A stretch of DNA of 64,000 nt from an uncultured Chloroflexia bacterium (GCA_963774265.1 CAVZDU010000006.1:256001-320000), one strand, 5' to 3'; counted from the stretch's first letter, positions 29,826-41,000 are shown. Made by a program: numbers and translations. The notes: generated by a model from the letters alone, not told the origin.

Positions 29826-32800
29826 TCATCCTTTGGCATACGATACAGCATTGTCCACGCACATTCCCAGCTGTTTGCCCAAAATACGCGTGCCCGCTTC
29901 GTCGATGGGAACGTGATCGCCCACGATGTTGCGGTGGGTGCCAGGAATCTCATGAACTTCAACTGCGCCAATTGCCATCTTGCGCCAGCCAAGACGAGAA
30001 CTTTGAAGTGACTCTTTGGTGAGGAAGAGATGGAAACCGCCTGGATAGGGTTGGGGATGGTAACGCCGCAGATCCCAGATGTTGGCAAGCACCTTCAGCT
30101 TAAACCGGGTAAGGCTGACTAATTCGTCCAGGCCATGAGGACTATTTGGTTGACCTTCTCGATCGTGTCGATCGGCGGTCCCGGAGTTGCGTCTGAAACG
30201 GCGGCGAAAGCGAATCGCAAGGTCCTTGGCCAGATTACTATACGAGTTAGAACCCGGCAAACACAGCGGGGCCGGTTCGACCAGTGCCAGCATCGCAACG
30301 AGCTGACCCTGACGCCGAAGCTGCTGCGCCATCTCAAAAGCCACGGCGGCGCCGAGGCAACTGCCCGCCAGAAGATAAGGTCCGTTAGGCTGCATGGCCT
30401 GTATATCTTGGATGTAATGTGTTGCCAAGGCTTCAATTTGTGACGGATGCCCGATGCCATCCTGGAGACCGTAGAAGGGCTGATCGGAATCGAAATACCG
30501 GACCACGTATCTCAGATCGTTGAAGACATTTCCCATGTTGCCCGGCACGTAGTATAGCGGAAAACGGGATCGGCTGTCTCGCATCTTGACGACAGAAGTG
30601 TGTCTCCTCGGAGACTTGTCCTGATCCAGAAGATTAGCAAGCTGCTCAATGGTCGGAGCCTCAAAAATTGTGGCGAGGGGCAGCTTCTTACCGAAGACAT
30701 CAGCTATCTGGGTGAAGAGACGTGTCGCCAACAGAGAGCTCCCACCTAAATCAAAGAAGTTATCGTGGACGGTCAAGTTGTCCACACCGAGCAACCCTCG
30801 CCAGATATCCACAAGCGAGTGCTCCACTTTGGTACGGGGAGCACCTGCTCGGCGACTGCCGACAGTCTCTGCAGCGGTTAACCGATCGGCTTGAGAATTC
30901 GCTTCCGGTTCCTCAGATGAGCCTGGCGCCTTGGATGCTGCAGTGTATTGCAGTTGTGCCGGGTTGATCCAATATCTTCTGCGCTCAAAGGGATAGGTTG
31001 GCAGGGAGAGCCGGCCGCGCCGTTCGCCGGCGTAAAAACCGGACCAATCGATGGAGACGCCAGCCATCCAGAGCTGGCCTAATGTGCTCAGGATGTGGGC
31101 CTGGTCCGATGTTTGCTCGTTCGGATGGCGTGTGGAAGAAAGCATGATGTGATCTTCCGTCCTATTGGGATGCTGCTTGGACAACGCCTCGAGTGTCCGG
31201 CCCGGTCCCACCTCTAGAAAAATCCTGCCGGGCTCTTTGAGCAACTCTTGCAGGCCATCAGAAAAACGCACCGTCTGGCGAAGATGGGCAGCCCAGTAGC
31301 TCGGGCTGGTGGCTTCCTCCGAACTGATCCACGTCCCCGTAACATTAGACACGAAGGGAATGCTGGGCGGTCTTGGCCGGATCTGGTCGACCCGGGCCAT
31401 GAATGCATCCACAATCGGTTCCATCATCCTGGAATGAAAGGCATGAGAGGTATGCAACGGGCGACAGCTGATACCCGTCTCGGCAAGCTCCCGTTCCAAG
31501 ACCCCCACCGCCTGCCGCTCGCCCGATACTACACAGAGAGACGGCGCATTGACGACCGCCAGATCCAACTGTCCGTCGAGGAAGGGCTGGAGTTCCACTG
31601 GTGACAGGGGCACGGCAAGCATCGCGCCAGCTGGCAGTTCCTGCATGAGACGACCTCTGGCAACCACCAGGGACAGAGCGTCCTCCAACGAGAACACATC
31701 CGCCAGACAGGCCGCCACATATTCTCCGATACTGTGACCGATCATGGCTTGAGGGCGTATGCCCCAACTGAGCCAGAGCCTGGCCAGAGCGTATTCGATG
31801 ACAAAGAGGGCCGGCTGCGTAAACGCTGTCTGCTGTAGGATTTGCGCCGCCTCTTCCAGATTAGCATCCTTGGGATACAGAATCCCGCGCAAGTCACAGG
31901 ACAAAAGCGGTTTCAAGATCTCGGTGCAGTGGTCCACCTGTTGGCGAAATACCGGCTCACTATCGTAAAGACCCTGGCACATGTTGACGTACTGGGAGCC
32001 CTGACCCGAGAACATGAAGACGACCTCTCGCTCACGGGGCGCTTGAGTTGAAGTGATCACCTGCTTAGGATCGAGAGGGTCCAACGCAGATAGGGCATCC
32101 TCGACGCTCTGGCATACCAGCATCCTCCGTCTCTCGAAGGCTCGTCGCCCGGTCTGAAGCGTGAATGCAACATCGGCAAGATTGACATCAGGGTGCTGCC
32201 GGAGATGCCCAACCAGATTTTCGGTCGCCTGGGCCAGCGCAGCGTCAGACCTGGCAGAAAGCAGAAGGAGCTGGTGAGCTCTGCTGGACCCAGTGGGCTT
32301 AGCACGTGGGGCTTCTTCCAGGATGATGTGAGCATTCGTCCCGCCAAGCCCAAAGGAGCTGACCGCCGCCCGACGGGGTGTGGCGCCCGCGGGCCAGGGG
32401 GACAACTGGCTATTCACATAAAACGGGCTATTGACAAAGTCAATCTCCGGGTTGGGGCGCTCAAAGTTCAGGCTAGGCGGGATTTGGCCATGGTCAAGGG
32501 CAAGGACCGCCTTAATGACCCCGGCCACGCCGGCACCAGCATCGAGATGTCCGATATTAGTCTTAAGCGAACCGATGGGACAGTAGGCTTTCTTGTCCGT
32601 CCATCGCCGATAGGCCTCAGTCAGAGCGGCAATCTCAATCGGATCGCCCAGGGATGTCCCAGTTCCGTGGGCCTCAACGTACCCTATCGATTCGGGGGTG
32701 ACGTCGGCAACGGCGAGAGCCTCACTGATGACCCTGGCCTGGCCCTGGATGCTTGGGGCGGTAAATCCGACCTTCTGAGCTCCATCATTGTTAACGGCAG

Positions 32801-33635
32801 AGCCCTTGATCACGGCATATACGCGGTCACCATCCCGGATGGCCTCAGGCAGGCGCTTGAGTACGACCAGGGCGACGCCGCTGCCGCTGACTGTGCCACG
32901 GGCTTTAGCGTCAAAGGCCCGGCACTGACCATCAGGTGAATGAATGCCCCCTTCTTCATACTGATAGCCCGCCTTCAAGGGTACACCGATCCTGCCTCCG
33001 CCGGCCAGGGCCATATCACACTCATTGTTCAGTAGACTCTGACAGGCCATGTGGATGGCAACACCTGATGTCGAGCAAGCGGTGCCCACACTCACACTCG
33101 GTCCCGTCAGGTTTAATTTGAACGAAACCCGGGTGATCGCATACTCCTTTTCACTCGCGAGAAGCACCGCGTAGCGGCCGAGCAACTCAAGCATATCGGG
33201 TCTTGTTGCCAGGTTCCTCCGAAAATAGGTGTTCGGCCCCACGCCTGCGAAAACTCCAATCGGACCCGGGTAGCCTTCCGGATCGTAGCCCGCATCCTCG
33301 AGTGCTTCCCAAGCTGTCTCCAGAAGGACCCGGTGCTGGGGATCCATGATCTCGGCTTCTCGGGAGTTGATGCCAAAAAACGAGGCGTCAAAGGCGTCCG
33401 CGTCCGGCATGACCGCGCCGGCATTGACAAAAGACGGCTTTGCGAGCGTCATTTCGTCAACGCCGGATGCGGCTAATTCCTCTGCAGTGAACGGTCTGAT
33501 CGATCCAAGACCATCTCGCAGGTTGTGCCAGAACTCATCGACATTTCTGGCGTCAGGAAAACGACCAGCCATACCAATGATGGCTACGCCAAAGAGATCC
33601 TTGTCGCTGGCTGGTTCAAAGTCTTTCATTTGCAT
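29826..33635 (-). CDS. Monomodular type I PKS: KS-AT(malonyl)-ACP-TE
   Basis: KS TACSTS, EAHGTGT, NIGHL; AT GHSIG and HAFH; carrier FFDLGGSS; TE AGSCLG and PGTH; no KR or DH. Confidence 0.93.
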   Translation of the reverse strand: MQMKDFEPASDKDLFGVAIIGMAGRFPDARNVDEFWHNLRDGLGSIRPFTAEELAASGVDEMTLAKPSFVNAGAVMPDADAFDASFFGINSREAEIMDPQHRVLLETAWEALEDAGYDPEGYPGPIGVFAGVGPNTYFRRNLATRPDMLELLGRYAVLLASEKEYAITRVSFKLNLTGPSVSVGTACSTSGVAIHMACQSLLNNECDMALAGGGRIGVPLKAGYQYEEGGIHSPDGQCRAFDAKARGTVSGSGVALVVLKRLPEAIRDGDRVYAVIKGSAVNNDGAQKVGFTAPSIQGQARVISEALAVADVTPESIGYVEAHGTGTSLGDPIEIAALTEAYRRWTDKKAYCPIGSLKTNIGHLDAGAGVAGVIKAVLALDHGQIPPSLNFERPNPEIDFVNSPFYVNSQLSPWPAGATPRRAAVSSFGLGGTNAHIILEEAPRAKPTGSSRAHQLLLLSARSDAALAQATENLVGHLRQHPDVNLADVAFTLQTGRRAFERRRMLVCQSVEDALSALDPLDPKQVITSTQAPREREVVFMFSGQGSQYVNMCQGLYDSEPVFRQQVDHCTEILKPLLSCDLRGILYPKDANLEEAAQILQQTAFTQPALFVIEYALARLWLSWGIRPQAMIGHSIGEYVAACLADVFSLEDALSLVVARGRLMQELPAGAMLAVPLSPVELQPFLDGQLDLAVVNAPSLCVVSGERQAVGVLERELAETGISCRPLHTSHAFHSRMMEPIVDAFMARVDQIRPRPPSIPFVSNVTGTWISSEEATSPSYWAAHLRQTVRFSDGLQELLKEPGRIFLEVGPGRTLEALSKQHPNRTEDHIMLSSTRHPNEQTSDQAHILSTLGQLWMAGVSIDWSGFYAGERRGRLSLPTYPFERRRYWINPAQLQYTAASKAPGSSEEPEANSQADRLTAAETVGSRRAGAPRTKVEHSLVDIWRGLLGVDNLTVHDNFFDLGGSSLLATRLFTQIADVFGKKLPLATIFEAPTIEQLANLLDQDKSPRRHTSVVKMRDSRSRFPLYYVPGNMGNVFNDLRYVVRYFDSDQPFYGLQDGIGHPSQIEALATHYIQDIQAMQPNGPYLLAGSCLGAAVAFEMAQQLRRQGQLVAMLALVEPAPLCLPGSNSYSNLAKDLAIRFRRRFRRNSGTADRHDREGQPNSPHGLDELVSLTRFKLKVLANIWDLRRYHPQPYPGGFHLFLTKESLQSSRLGWRKMAIGAVEVHEIPGTHRNIVGDHVPIDEAGTRILGKQLGMCVDNAVSYAKG

Positions 33636-33772
33636 TCTCTATTTACGTTGTATCTGCATTGTCGCCACCGCAACATCGTCTCTCGACGCGCCTCTCCCCG
33701 ATCAACGCCTTTCTGTAAATTCACTACGATCAAAAGAATGCTCTCCTCTCCTGCCGCAAACCCTTGCGCTGC

Positions 33773-35707
33773 TTAGGGCGCCGGGGCCGTGGCTTGCGCC
33801 TGGAGGATGAGCGGCAGGAGGATACGATGCGGCTCGACCGTCAGCACAAAGGATGCGCTGGCCTCCAAATCTCCATCGCTCACAGTGATGGTGACTACTG
33901 CAGTGCCCACGATTCCCGGCTTGGGAGTGATAACCAGGGTGCGAGCCTTCCCAGTGCCGCCAAAAGTGACGCCGTTCAGCGGATCGACCAACGCCGGATT
34001 CGATGTGGTGAAGGTCAGGCTCAAGCTGGCGGCTGGCGTGTCGCTATCGTCGACGGTAAAGGGCACCGGTCCCACTGCAACGCCGGCCAGGGTGACCTGG
34101 TCAGGGATTGCGGAGATGGTTGGCCCGGCGTCGTTGGCCCCCGTGACGGTGATGATCACCTGAGCGCTATCCGTCAGGCCAACGGCGTCGGCAACCGTAT
34201 AGGTGAAGATATCCTCGGCCTGTTCGCCCGCGCCGAGAGAGTCGAACTCGCCGGCCGGGTCATAGTCGAAGGTGCCGTCGCCATTGTAAGTGAGTGTGCC
34301 GATCAGCGTGCTGTCGTCGTAGTTGATTAGGTTGATGGGGCCGCCGCCAGGGTCGCTGTCGTTGTTCAGCACATTCCCGGTCGTGAAAGCGGTTTCCTCG
34401 TCGGTGGTGTAGGTCGTGCCGCTGTCGTTGGCCGCAGCTGGGGGTGTCGTATCGACGGTCCAGGTGTAGGCAGCGGGGCTGGGGTCTGGGTTGCCGGCGC
34501 CATCGACCGCCCGCACCCTGAAGGTGCGGTTGCCATCGGTCAGGGCCGGGGTGGTGTAGGGGCTGGCGCAGGTGAACCAGCCACTGTTATCCAGTTGGCA
34601 CTCGAAGCCGGCCAGGCCGCTGCCGCCGGGATCGCTACCGGTGAAAGCAAAAGTGGGCGTGTTGTCCCGGTCCGGGTTGGGTGGGATGGCGGTGAGCGTG
34701 GTGTCGGGTGGGGTGGTGTCCGGGGGTGAGGGGAGGGTCATTTCGAATACCCTGCCATCGTTCTCCTCCGGATTCACGTCATTGTCGACGCCCCTGTCGC
34801 TGATGTAGATGTGCGTTACAGCAGGGTTCTGACTGCTGGGGCCAATGGTCAGGTCTGATGGGAGGATCGGATTTGCCGCCGAGATGTCGATCATCCAGAC
34901 CAAATTGCCACTCGTAGTCACCACCGCCACCATGTTGCTGAGTTGCTGGCCGCAGAGATACAGAAGGCCATTGGCGGGGTTGAAGGCGATACCCTCGAGT
35001 GCAGTAACCGCGAAGCCTGCCGTGTCGAAGCTTGTTACTTGATCATCTCCTTCAGGTGCGATGCCGTCAAACACACCGTTGGCGCCTGGCGTGACTTTGT
35101 AGACTTCGGCATTTGTATAGTCAGCGATGAAAAGCATGTCCAGGTCGGCCGAGTATGCAACGCCCAACGGTTTGAGACTGCCAAATGCTGCCGTGCCGAA
35201 AGACGTGATGGCGTCATCCAGCGTGCCATAGACCCCGTCAGCACCTGGGGCCATCTCAAAAACGCTGTCGGCATCGTCATCCACAAAGAAGAGATGCCCG
35301 TTATCGGGATTGAAGCTGACCCCCTCAGGCTCAGCTGAGAATGGTATCGTGCTTGAGGTGCGGATCACGTTGCCAGAAAGGCCGATTTCCCACAGATTGA
35401 CATCCGCATACAACAGCGGCATCTCTTCGATTTCAGAGTCGGAGATCAGCAGTCTGTTCGATGAGCTGAGGTATGCTATGCCTGTCGGGTCAGGACTGGG
35501 CGGGGAGAACTGCGAGGTATTGATGGTTCGCACCAGCGAAGCCACGTACGTGTCGGCTTCAGGAGCCGTAGGCTGGGCAGCCGGTTCCTCTTGTGCAAAG
35601 GCGGCTGAACTCATCGCAAATGAGAGGATCAAGACCAGCCCTACAAATGCCGCCAGCCGACCTGACGATGGAAATCTCACTGGATGGTGCGCATTCTTGT
35701 CCACCAT
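33773..35707 (-). CDS. Secreted beta-propeller (SdiA-regulated-like) protein with Ig/cadherin-like stalk and LLPLIL tail, copy A
   Basis: Signal AAFAQ; DPTGIAY/EPEGVSF/LEGIAF blades; DTTPPDTT Ig domain; DGTFDYDP...FTYTV cadherin-like domain. Confidence 0.8.
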   Translation of the reverse strand: MVDKNAHHPVRFPSSGRLAAFVGLVLILSFAMSSAAFAQEEPAAQPTAPEADTYVASLVRTINTSQFSPPSPDPTGIAYLSSSNRLLISDSEIEEMPLLYADVNLWEIGLSGNVIRTSSTIPFSAEPEGVSFNPDNGHLFFVDDDADSVFEMAPGADGVYGTLDDAITSFGTAAFGSLKPLGVAYSADLDMLFIADYTNAEVYKVTPGANGVFDGIAPEGDDQVTSFDTAGFAVTALEGIAFNPANGLLYLCGQQLSNMVAVVTTSGNLVWMIDISAANPILPSDLTIGPSSQNPAVTHIYISDRGVDNDVNPEENDGRVFEMTLPSPPDTTPPDTTLTAIPPNPDRDNTPTFAFTGSDPGGSGLAGFECQLDNSGWFTCASPYTTPALTDGNRTFRVRAVDGAGNPDPSPAAYTWTVDTTPPAAANDSGTTYTTDEETAFTTGNVLNNDSDPGGGPINLINYDDSTLIGTLTYNGDGTFDYDPAGEFDSLGAGEQAEDIFTYTVADAVGLTDSAQVIITVTGANDAGPTISAIPDQVTLAGVAVGPVPFTVDDSDTPAASLSLTFTTSNPALVDPLNGVTFGGTGKARTLVITPKPGIVGTAVVTITVSDGDLEASASFVLTVEPHRILLPLILQAQATAPAP

Positions 35708-35827
35708 TCAAAGCAACCCCTTTCAGGTTTGTGAATATCAAGAGGCGTGATAGTTACTTCACACAATTCGCAGTGGGCCCGGAAAATAAGCGAGAAGTGC
35801 TCACTGAGATAAAAGAATGCTCCCCTC

Positions 35828-35887
35828 TCCTGCTGCACGGCACCGGCTGCGTCGACTGTAGATCGCAGCCGGTGCCGTGCAGCAGGA
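35828..35887. terminator. Perfect 24-bp stem / 12-nt loop hairpin downstream of copy B
   Basis: TCCTGCTGCACGGCACCGGCTGCG (35828-35851) is the exact reverse complement of 35864-35887. Confidence 0.65.
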
Positions 35888-35909
35888 CCGCCGCAAGCCC
35901 TTGCGCTGC

Positions 35910-37865
35910 TTAGGGCGCCGGGGCTGCGGCTTGCGCCTGGAGGATGAGCGGCAGGAGGATACGATGCGGCTCGACCGTCAGCACAAAGGATGCGCTGGCC
36001 TCCAAATCCCCATCGCTCACAGTGATGGTGACTACTGCAGTGCCCACGATTCCCGGCTTGGGAGTGATAACCAGGGTGCGAGCCTTCCCAGTGCCGCCAA
36101 AAGTGACACCGTTCAGCGGATCGACCAACGCCGGATTCGATGTGGTGAAGGTCAGGCTCAAGCTGGCGGCTGGCGTGTCGCTATCGTCGACGGTAAAGGG
36201 CACCGGTCCCACTGCGACGCCGGCCAGGGTGACCTGGTCAGGGATTGCGGAGATGGTTGGCCCGGCGTCGTTGGCCCCCGTGACGGTGATGATCACCTGA
36301 GCGCTATCCGTCAGGCCAACGGCGTCGGCAACCGTATAGGTGAAGATATCCTCGGCCTGTTCGCCCGCGCCGAGAGAGTCGAACTCGCCGGCCGGGTCAT
36401 AGTCGAAGGTGCCGTCGCCATTATAAGTGAGTGTGCCGATCAGCGTGCTGTCGTCGTAGTTGATTAGGTTGATGGGGCCGCCGCCAGGGTCGCTGTCGTT
36501 GTTCAGCACATTCCCGGTCGTGAACGCGGTTTTCTCGTCGGTGGTGTAGGTTGTGCCGCTGTCGTTGGCCGCAGCTGGGGGTGTCGTATCGACGGTCCAG
36601 GTGTAGGCAGCGGGGCTGGGGTCTGGGTTGCCGGCGCCATCGACCGCCCGCGCCCTGAAGGTGCGGTTGCCGTCGGTCAGGGCCGGGGTGGTGTAAGGGC
36701 TGGCGCAGGTGAACCAGCCACTGTTATCCAGTTGGCACTCGAAGCCGGCCACGCCGCTGCCGCCGGGATCGCTACCGGTGAAAGCAAAAGTGGGCGTGTT
36801 GTCCCGGTCCGGGTTGGGTGGGATGGCGGTGAGCGTGGTGTCGGGTGGAGTGGTGTCCGAGGATGAGGGGAGGGTCATTTCGAATACCCTGCCGTCGTTC
36901 TCCTCCGGATTCACGTCATTGTCGACGCCCCTATCGCTGATGTAGATGTGCGTTACAGCGGGGTTCTGACTGCTGGGGCCAATGGTCAGGTCTGATGGAT
37001 TGATCGGATTTGCCGCCGAGATGTCGATCATCCAGGCCAAATTGCCACTCGTAGTCACCACCGCCACCATGTTGCTGGGTTGTTGGCCGCAGAGATACAG
37101 AAGGCCATTGGCGGGGTTGAAGGCGATGCCCTCAATTGCAGCGACTCCGAAACCTGCCGTGTCAAAACTTGTTACTTGATCATCTCCTTCAGGTGCGACG
37201 CCGTCAAACACACCGTTGGCGCCTGGCGTGACTTTGTAGACTTCGGCGTTTGTATAGTCAGCGATGAAAAGCATGTCCAGGTCGGCCGAGTATGCAACGC
37301 CCAACGGTTTGAGACTGCCAAATGCTGCCGTGCCGAAAGACGTGATGGCGTCATCCAGCGTGCCATAGACCCCGTCAGCACCTGGGGCCATCTCAAAGAC
37401 CGTAACTTGATCGTCATCCACAAAGAAGAGATGCCCGTTATCGGGATTGTAGCTGACCCCCTCTGGTTCGTAATATGCATAATACGGGAAAACGACCGTG
37501 CTTGAAGTGCGGAGCACGTTGCCAGAAAGGCCGATTTCCCACAGATTGACATCCGCATACAACAGCGGCATCTCTTCGATTTCAGAGTCGGAGATCAGCA
37601 GTCTGTTCGATGAGCTGAGGTATGCTATGCCTGTCGGGTCAGGACTGGGCGGGGAGAACTGCGAGGTATTGATGGTTCGCACCAGCGAAGCCACGTACGT
37701 GTCGGCTTCAGGGGCCGTGGGCTGGGCAGCCGGATCGTCCTGTGCAAAGGCGGCTGAACTCATCACTAACGAGAGGATCAAGATCAGCCCTACAAATACT
37801 GCCAACCGACCTGACGATGGAAATCTCACTGGATGACTCTCATACGTTTTCATCATTAGAAGCAA
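35910..37865 (-). CDS. Secreted beta-propeller + Ig/cadherin protein, copy B
   Basis: Paralog of copy A; start may be an ATG a few codons downstream. Confidence 0.8.
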   Translation of the reverse strand: MLLMMKTYESHPVRFPSSGRLAVFVGLILILSLVMSSAAFAQDDPAAQPTAPEADTYVASLVRTINTSQFSPPSPDPTGIAYLSSSNRLLISDSEIEEMPLLYADVNLWEIGLSGNVLRTSSTVVFPYYAYYEPEGVSYNPDNGHLFFVDDDQVTVFEMAPGADGVYGTLDDAITSFGTAAFGSLKPLGVAYSADLDMLFIADYTNAEVYKVTPGANGVFDGVAPEGDDQVTSFDTAGFGVAAIEGIAFNPANGLLYLCGQQPSNMVAVVTTSGNLAWMIDISAANPINPSDLTIGPSSQNPAVTHIYISDRGVDNDVNPEENDGRVFEMTLPSSSDTTPPDTTLTAIPPNPDRDNTPTFAFTGSDPGGSGVAGFECQLDNSGWFTCASPYTTPALTDGNRTFRARAVDGAGNPDPSPAAYTWTVDTTPPAAANDSGTTYTTDEKTAFTTGNVLNNDSDPGGGPINLINYDDSTLIGTLTYNGDGTFDYDPAGEFDSLGAGEQAEDIFTYTVADAVGLTDSAQVIITVTGANDAGPTISAIPDQVTLAGVAVGPVPFTVDDSDTPAASLSLTFTTSNPALVDPLNGVTFGGTGKARTLVITPKPGIVGTAVVTITVSDGDLEASASFVLTVEPHRILLPLILQAQAAAPAP

Positions 37866-38024
37866 CCCCTTTCAAATTCATGGATTTCTGGGCCTTTGTG
37901 GCCGCTTGCCGAGCGTATCCGTTTCCCCTATCAGGATGACAGGGATCAATTGAAGGCGATACACAAAAGATCCGTCTCGTCGGCTGATTATACGTTGCTC
38001 GTCGATATTCTGCGTACCTGCCTT

Positions 38025-41000
38025 TCATCTCGGTTGTCGGCGCCTCATCATGGCTTCTCGGCGCGCCATTCCTCGATCAACACCTTGCTGTGACGTGGTT
38101 TGATCGCCACCGCCCCGATCCTGGCTCAGATACCGGGCCAAAGCACGGATGGTAGGGAATCTGAACATGTCGGTAATATTGAGTTCCCTATCAGTTACTT
38201 CGGACAGCCGGCGGTGGGCCTGGATGATAAGCAAGGAATGTCCACCTAGATCAAAGAAACTGTCGTCGACGCCCACCCTTTCCACTTGCAGCAGCTCCTG
38301 CCAAATACCGGCAATGGCTCTCTCCAATCCATCTTTTGGCGCCGAATAAGCCTCCTCTGGTTGGCCTTCCCATCTCGGGGCCGGTAGACTCTGTCTGCTC
38401 ACTTTGCCATTGGGCGTCAGTGGTAGGGCCTCCAACCGCACGAAGGCGGCAGGCACCATATATTCCGGCAGCCTCTCTTTGAGATAATCACGCAACTCAT
38501 TGATGCGAAGCGGCGACTCAGGTCTTGGCACGACATAGGCCACCAATCGTTTGTCGCCAGGAACATCCTCGCGCGCCAGGGTAACCGCTTCACGGACCGC
38601 TGGGTGCTGGCTCAAGACCGCCTCAATTTCTCCTAGTTCGATTCGGAAACCCCGCACCTTTACCTGGAAATCGAGCCGGCCCAGGAACTCGATGTTGCCA
38701 TCCGATCGGTAACGGACACGATCCCCGGTTCTGAAGAGGCGGGCCTCCGGATCCTTGCTGAACGGGTCAGGCACGAACTTCTCGGCTGTCAGCTCGGGAC
38801 GGTTCAGATACCCCCGCGCGACCTGGACACCCCCAATGTATAACTCCCCTGCTACTCCGATGGGCGACGGCAGCCCGTTTCGATCAAGGATATACAACTG
38901 GGTATTGGCCACCGGTCGGCCAATGGGCACTACCCTACTCGGATCGCCCTCAGGCCGGCATTGCCAATAGCTGACATCCACGGCTGCTTCTGTCGGACCG
39001 TAAAGATTGTGCAGTTCTGCGTCCAGCCGCTCAAAGAACCGCTGCTGAAGGTCGTAGGGCAGAGCCTCACCGCTGCAGATGATGTGCTTGAGGGATCGAC
39101 ACGCTTCGACATCCTTGTCCTCAAGAAACAACTGAAGCATGGAGGGCACAAAATGGATCGTGGTGATCTTCTGGTCGATGATCGTGCTAACAAGATAGGC
39201 ACTGTCCTTGTGCCCCCCCGGCCGGGCCACGACCAAACGCGCTCCTATCAACAGCGGCCAGAAGAACTCCCAGACCGATACATCAAAACTGAAGGGGGTC
39301 TTCTGGAGAACCCGATCTGCCTCGGTCAATCGGTAAGCATCCTGCATCCAGAGTAAACGGTTGCAGATCCCACGGTGGGTGTTCATCACCCCTTTGGGCC
39401 TCCCTGTTGATCCCGAGGTATAGATCACGTAGGCCAGATTCTCAGCCGTTGCCCTACTGGCCGGGTTATCTGCACTCTCCTGAGCGACCGTCGCCCAATC
39501 GAAATCAAGACAAATTACCTGCGCACCATGCTCTGGCAGGCTTGCCGCCCACTTCTTCTGGGTGAGCAGCACTTGCACCTGAGCATCTTGGAGCATGAAG
39601 GCCACCCGGTCGGCAGGATACTCCGGGTCCAGCGGCACGTACGCCCCTCCTGCTTTGAGGATGCCGTAGAGTGCAATGACCATTTCCACGGTGCGCTCCA
39701 TGTGCACCCCCACCAGCACCTCCGGCCCCACCCCGTGCCGCTGCAGGTAATGCGCCAACTGGTTCGCTCGGCGGTTCAGTTCTCCATAAGTCAGTTGCCC
39801 GCCTTCAAAAACCACTGCCACAGCCTCCGGTGCCCGCTTCACCTGGGCCTCAAACAGGTCGTGAAGGCATATGCCCGGCGGATAGTCAGCCCGGGTGTGA
39901 TTCCACTCCACCAACAATTGATGTCGCTCGGCTGCGGTCAAGATGGGTAGATCTGACATCGGCCTGTCGAGGTTGTCGGCCATACCCTCCAGCAGCGTTT
40001 TCAGATGTGCAAGCATTCGTTCGATCGTCGCATCGTCAAATCGCCGTCTGTCAAAGAGCATCCGGAGTAGTAGTTCTGGCTCACCGTATGCGTGCAGCAC
40101 GAGAGCAAAAGCGGGGTCTTCAATGACGGAAAACTCTCTGTTGAGCCAACGTCCCCCTCGTTCTCGCAGCCTGGTATTCAGCCGGGCATGATCGAACACA
40201 ACGATGGTTTCGAACAACGGCGTCCCTCGCGGTACGTCACTCCACCCCATCACATGACTGATTGGCGTCTGCTCGTGATCCCTGACCGCGACGTGTTGCT
40301 CTCTAAGCTCTTCCAGCCATGGAACCAGATTCTTACCAGAAGAGATGCGCACTCGCACCGGCAGAGTGTTCAAGAAGAGCCCCACGATCGAACCGGCTCC
40401 CTTGATCGTCGATTGACGGCATGCTCTCACAGCCCCAAAGACCACATCCTCCGCATCGGCATAACGGCTCAATAACAGAGCCCAGGCTCCCTGAACGAGC
40501 GCGTTGAGAGTAAGATCATGTTGTCGTACAACAGTCTCCAAACGTGAAGTTGTGGACTCCGCGAGTCGAATTTCCCGTTCTCCGCGCTTCTCTCGACCGT
40601 CATTTGGGCTTCCAGTGCGGGAAATCGTATCCAGCGCGATGGGTGCTGTAAAGCCCTTCAACAACTGCCGCCAGTACGGTTCCGATCCTGATGCACCTTT
40701 CTGTCGCAGCCAATCGATATGATCGCGATAGGGCCGCGGGCATTCTAACTCGAGATCACGACCCTCACAATACGCATCGTAGAAGGCGAACACTTCCCTT
40801 ACCAGGATGTGACGGGCCCATCCATCGGCGATGATGTGGTGGTAGGTGCAAACGAGTTCATAGTCTGCGTCGCCAATTCGGAAAAGGGCCAGGCGCATAA
40901 GAGGTGCTTGGGTGAGATCAAATCCTCTCTTCCGATCCAGCTTCAGGAATTGCTCAAATCGACTTAGTTGGCTTGCCGATGTCAGATCTCGCCAATCCTG

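Larger units (their letters stand above)
33731..37875. repeat. Direct tandem duplication of a ~2.1-kb unit (about 33731-35725 and 35810-37875)
   Basis: Both units begin AAAAGAATGCTC and end AGCAACCCCTTTCA; coding regions are nearly identical. Confidence 0.92.

Noticed and set aside
21294-37865. Diversity-generating retroelement as the cause of the variable patches
   Set aside because: No reverse transcriptase in the window; the differences are not adenine-restricted and include an indel.
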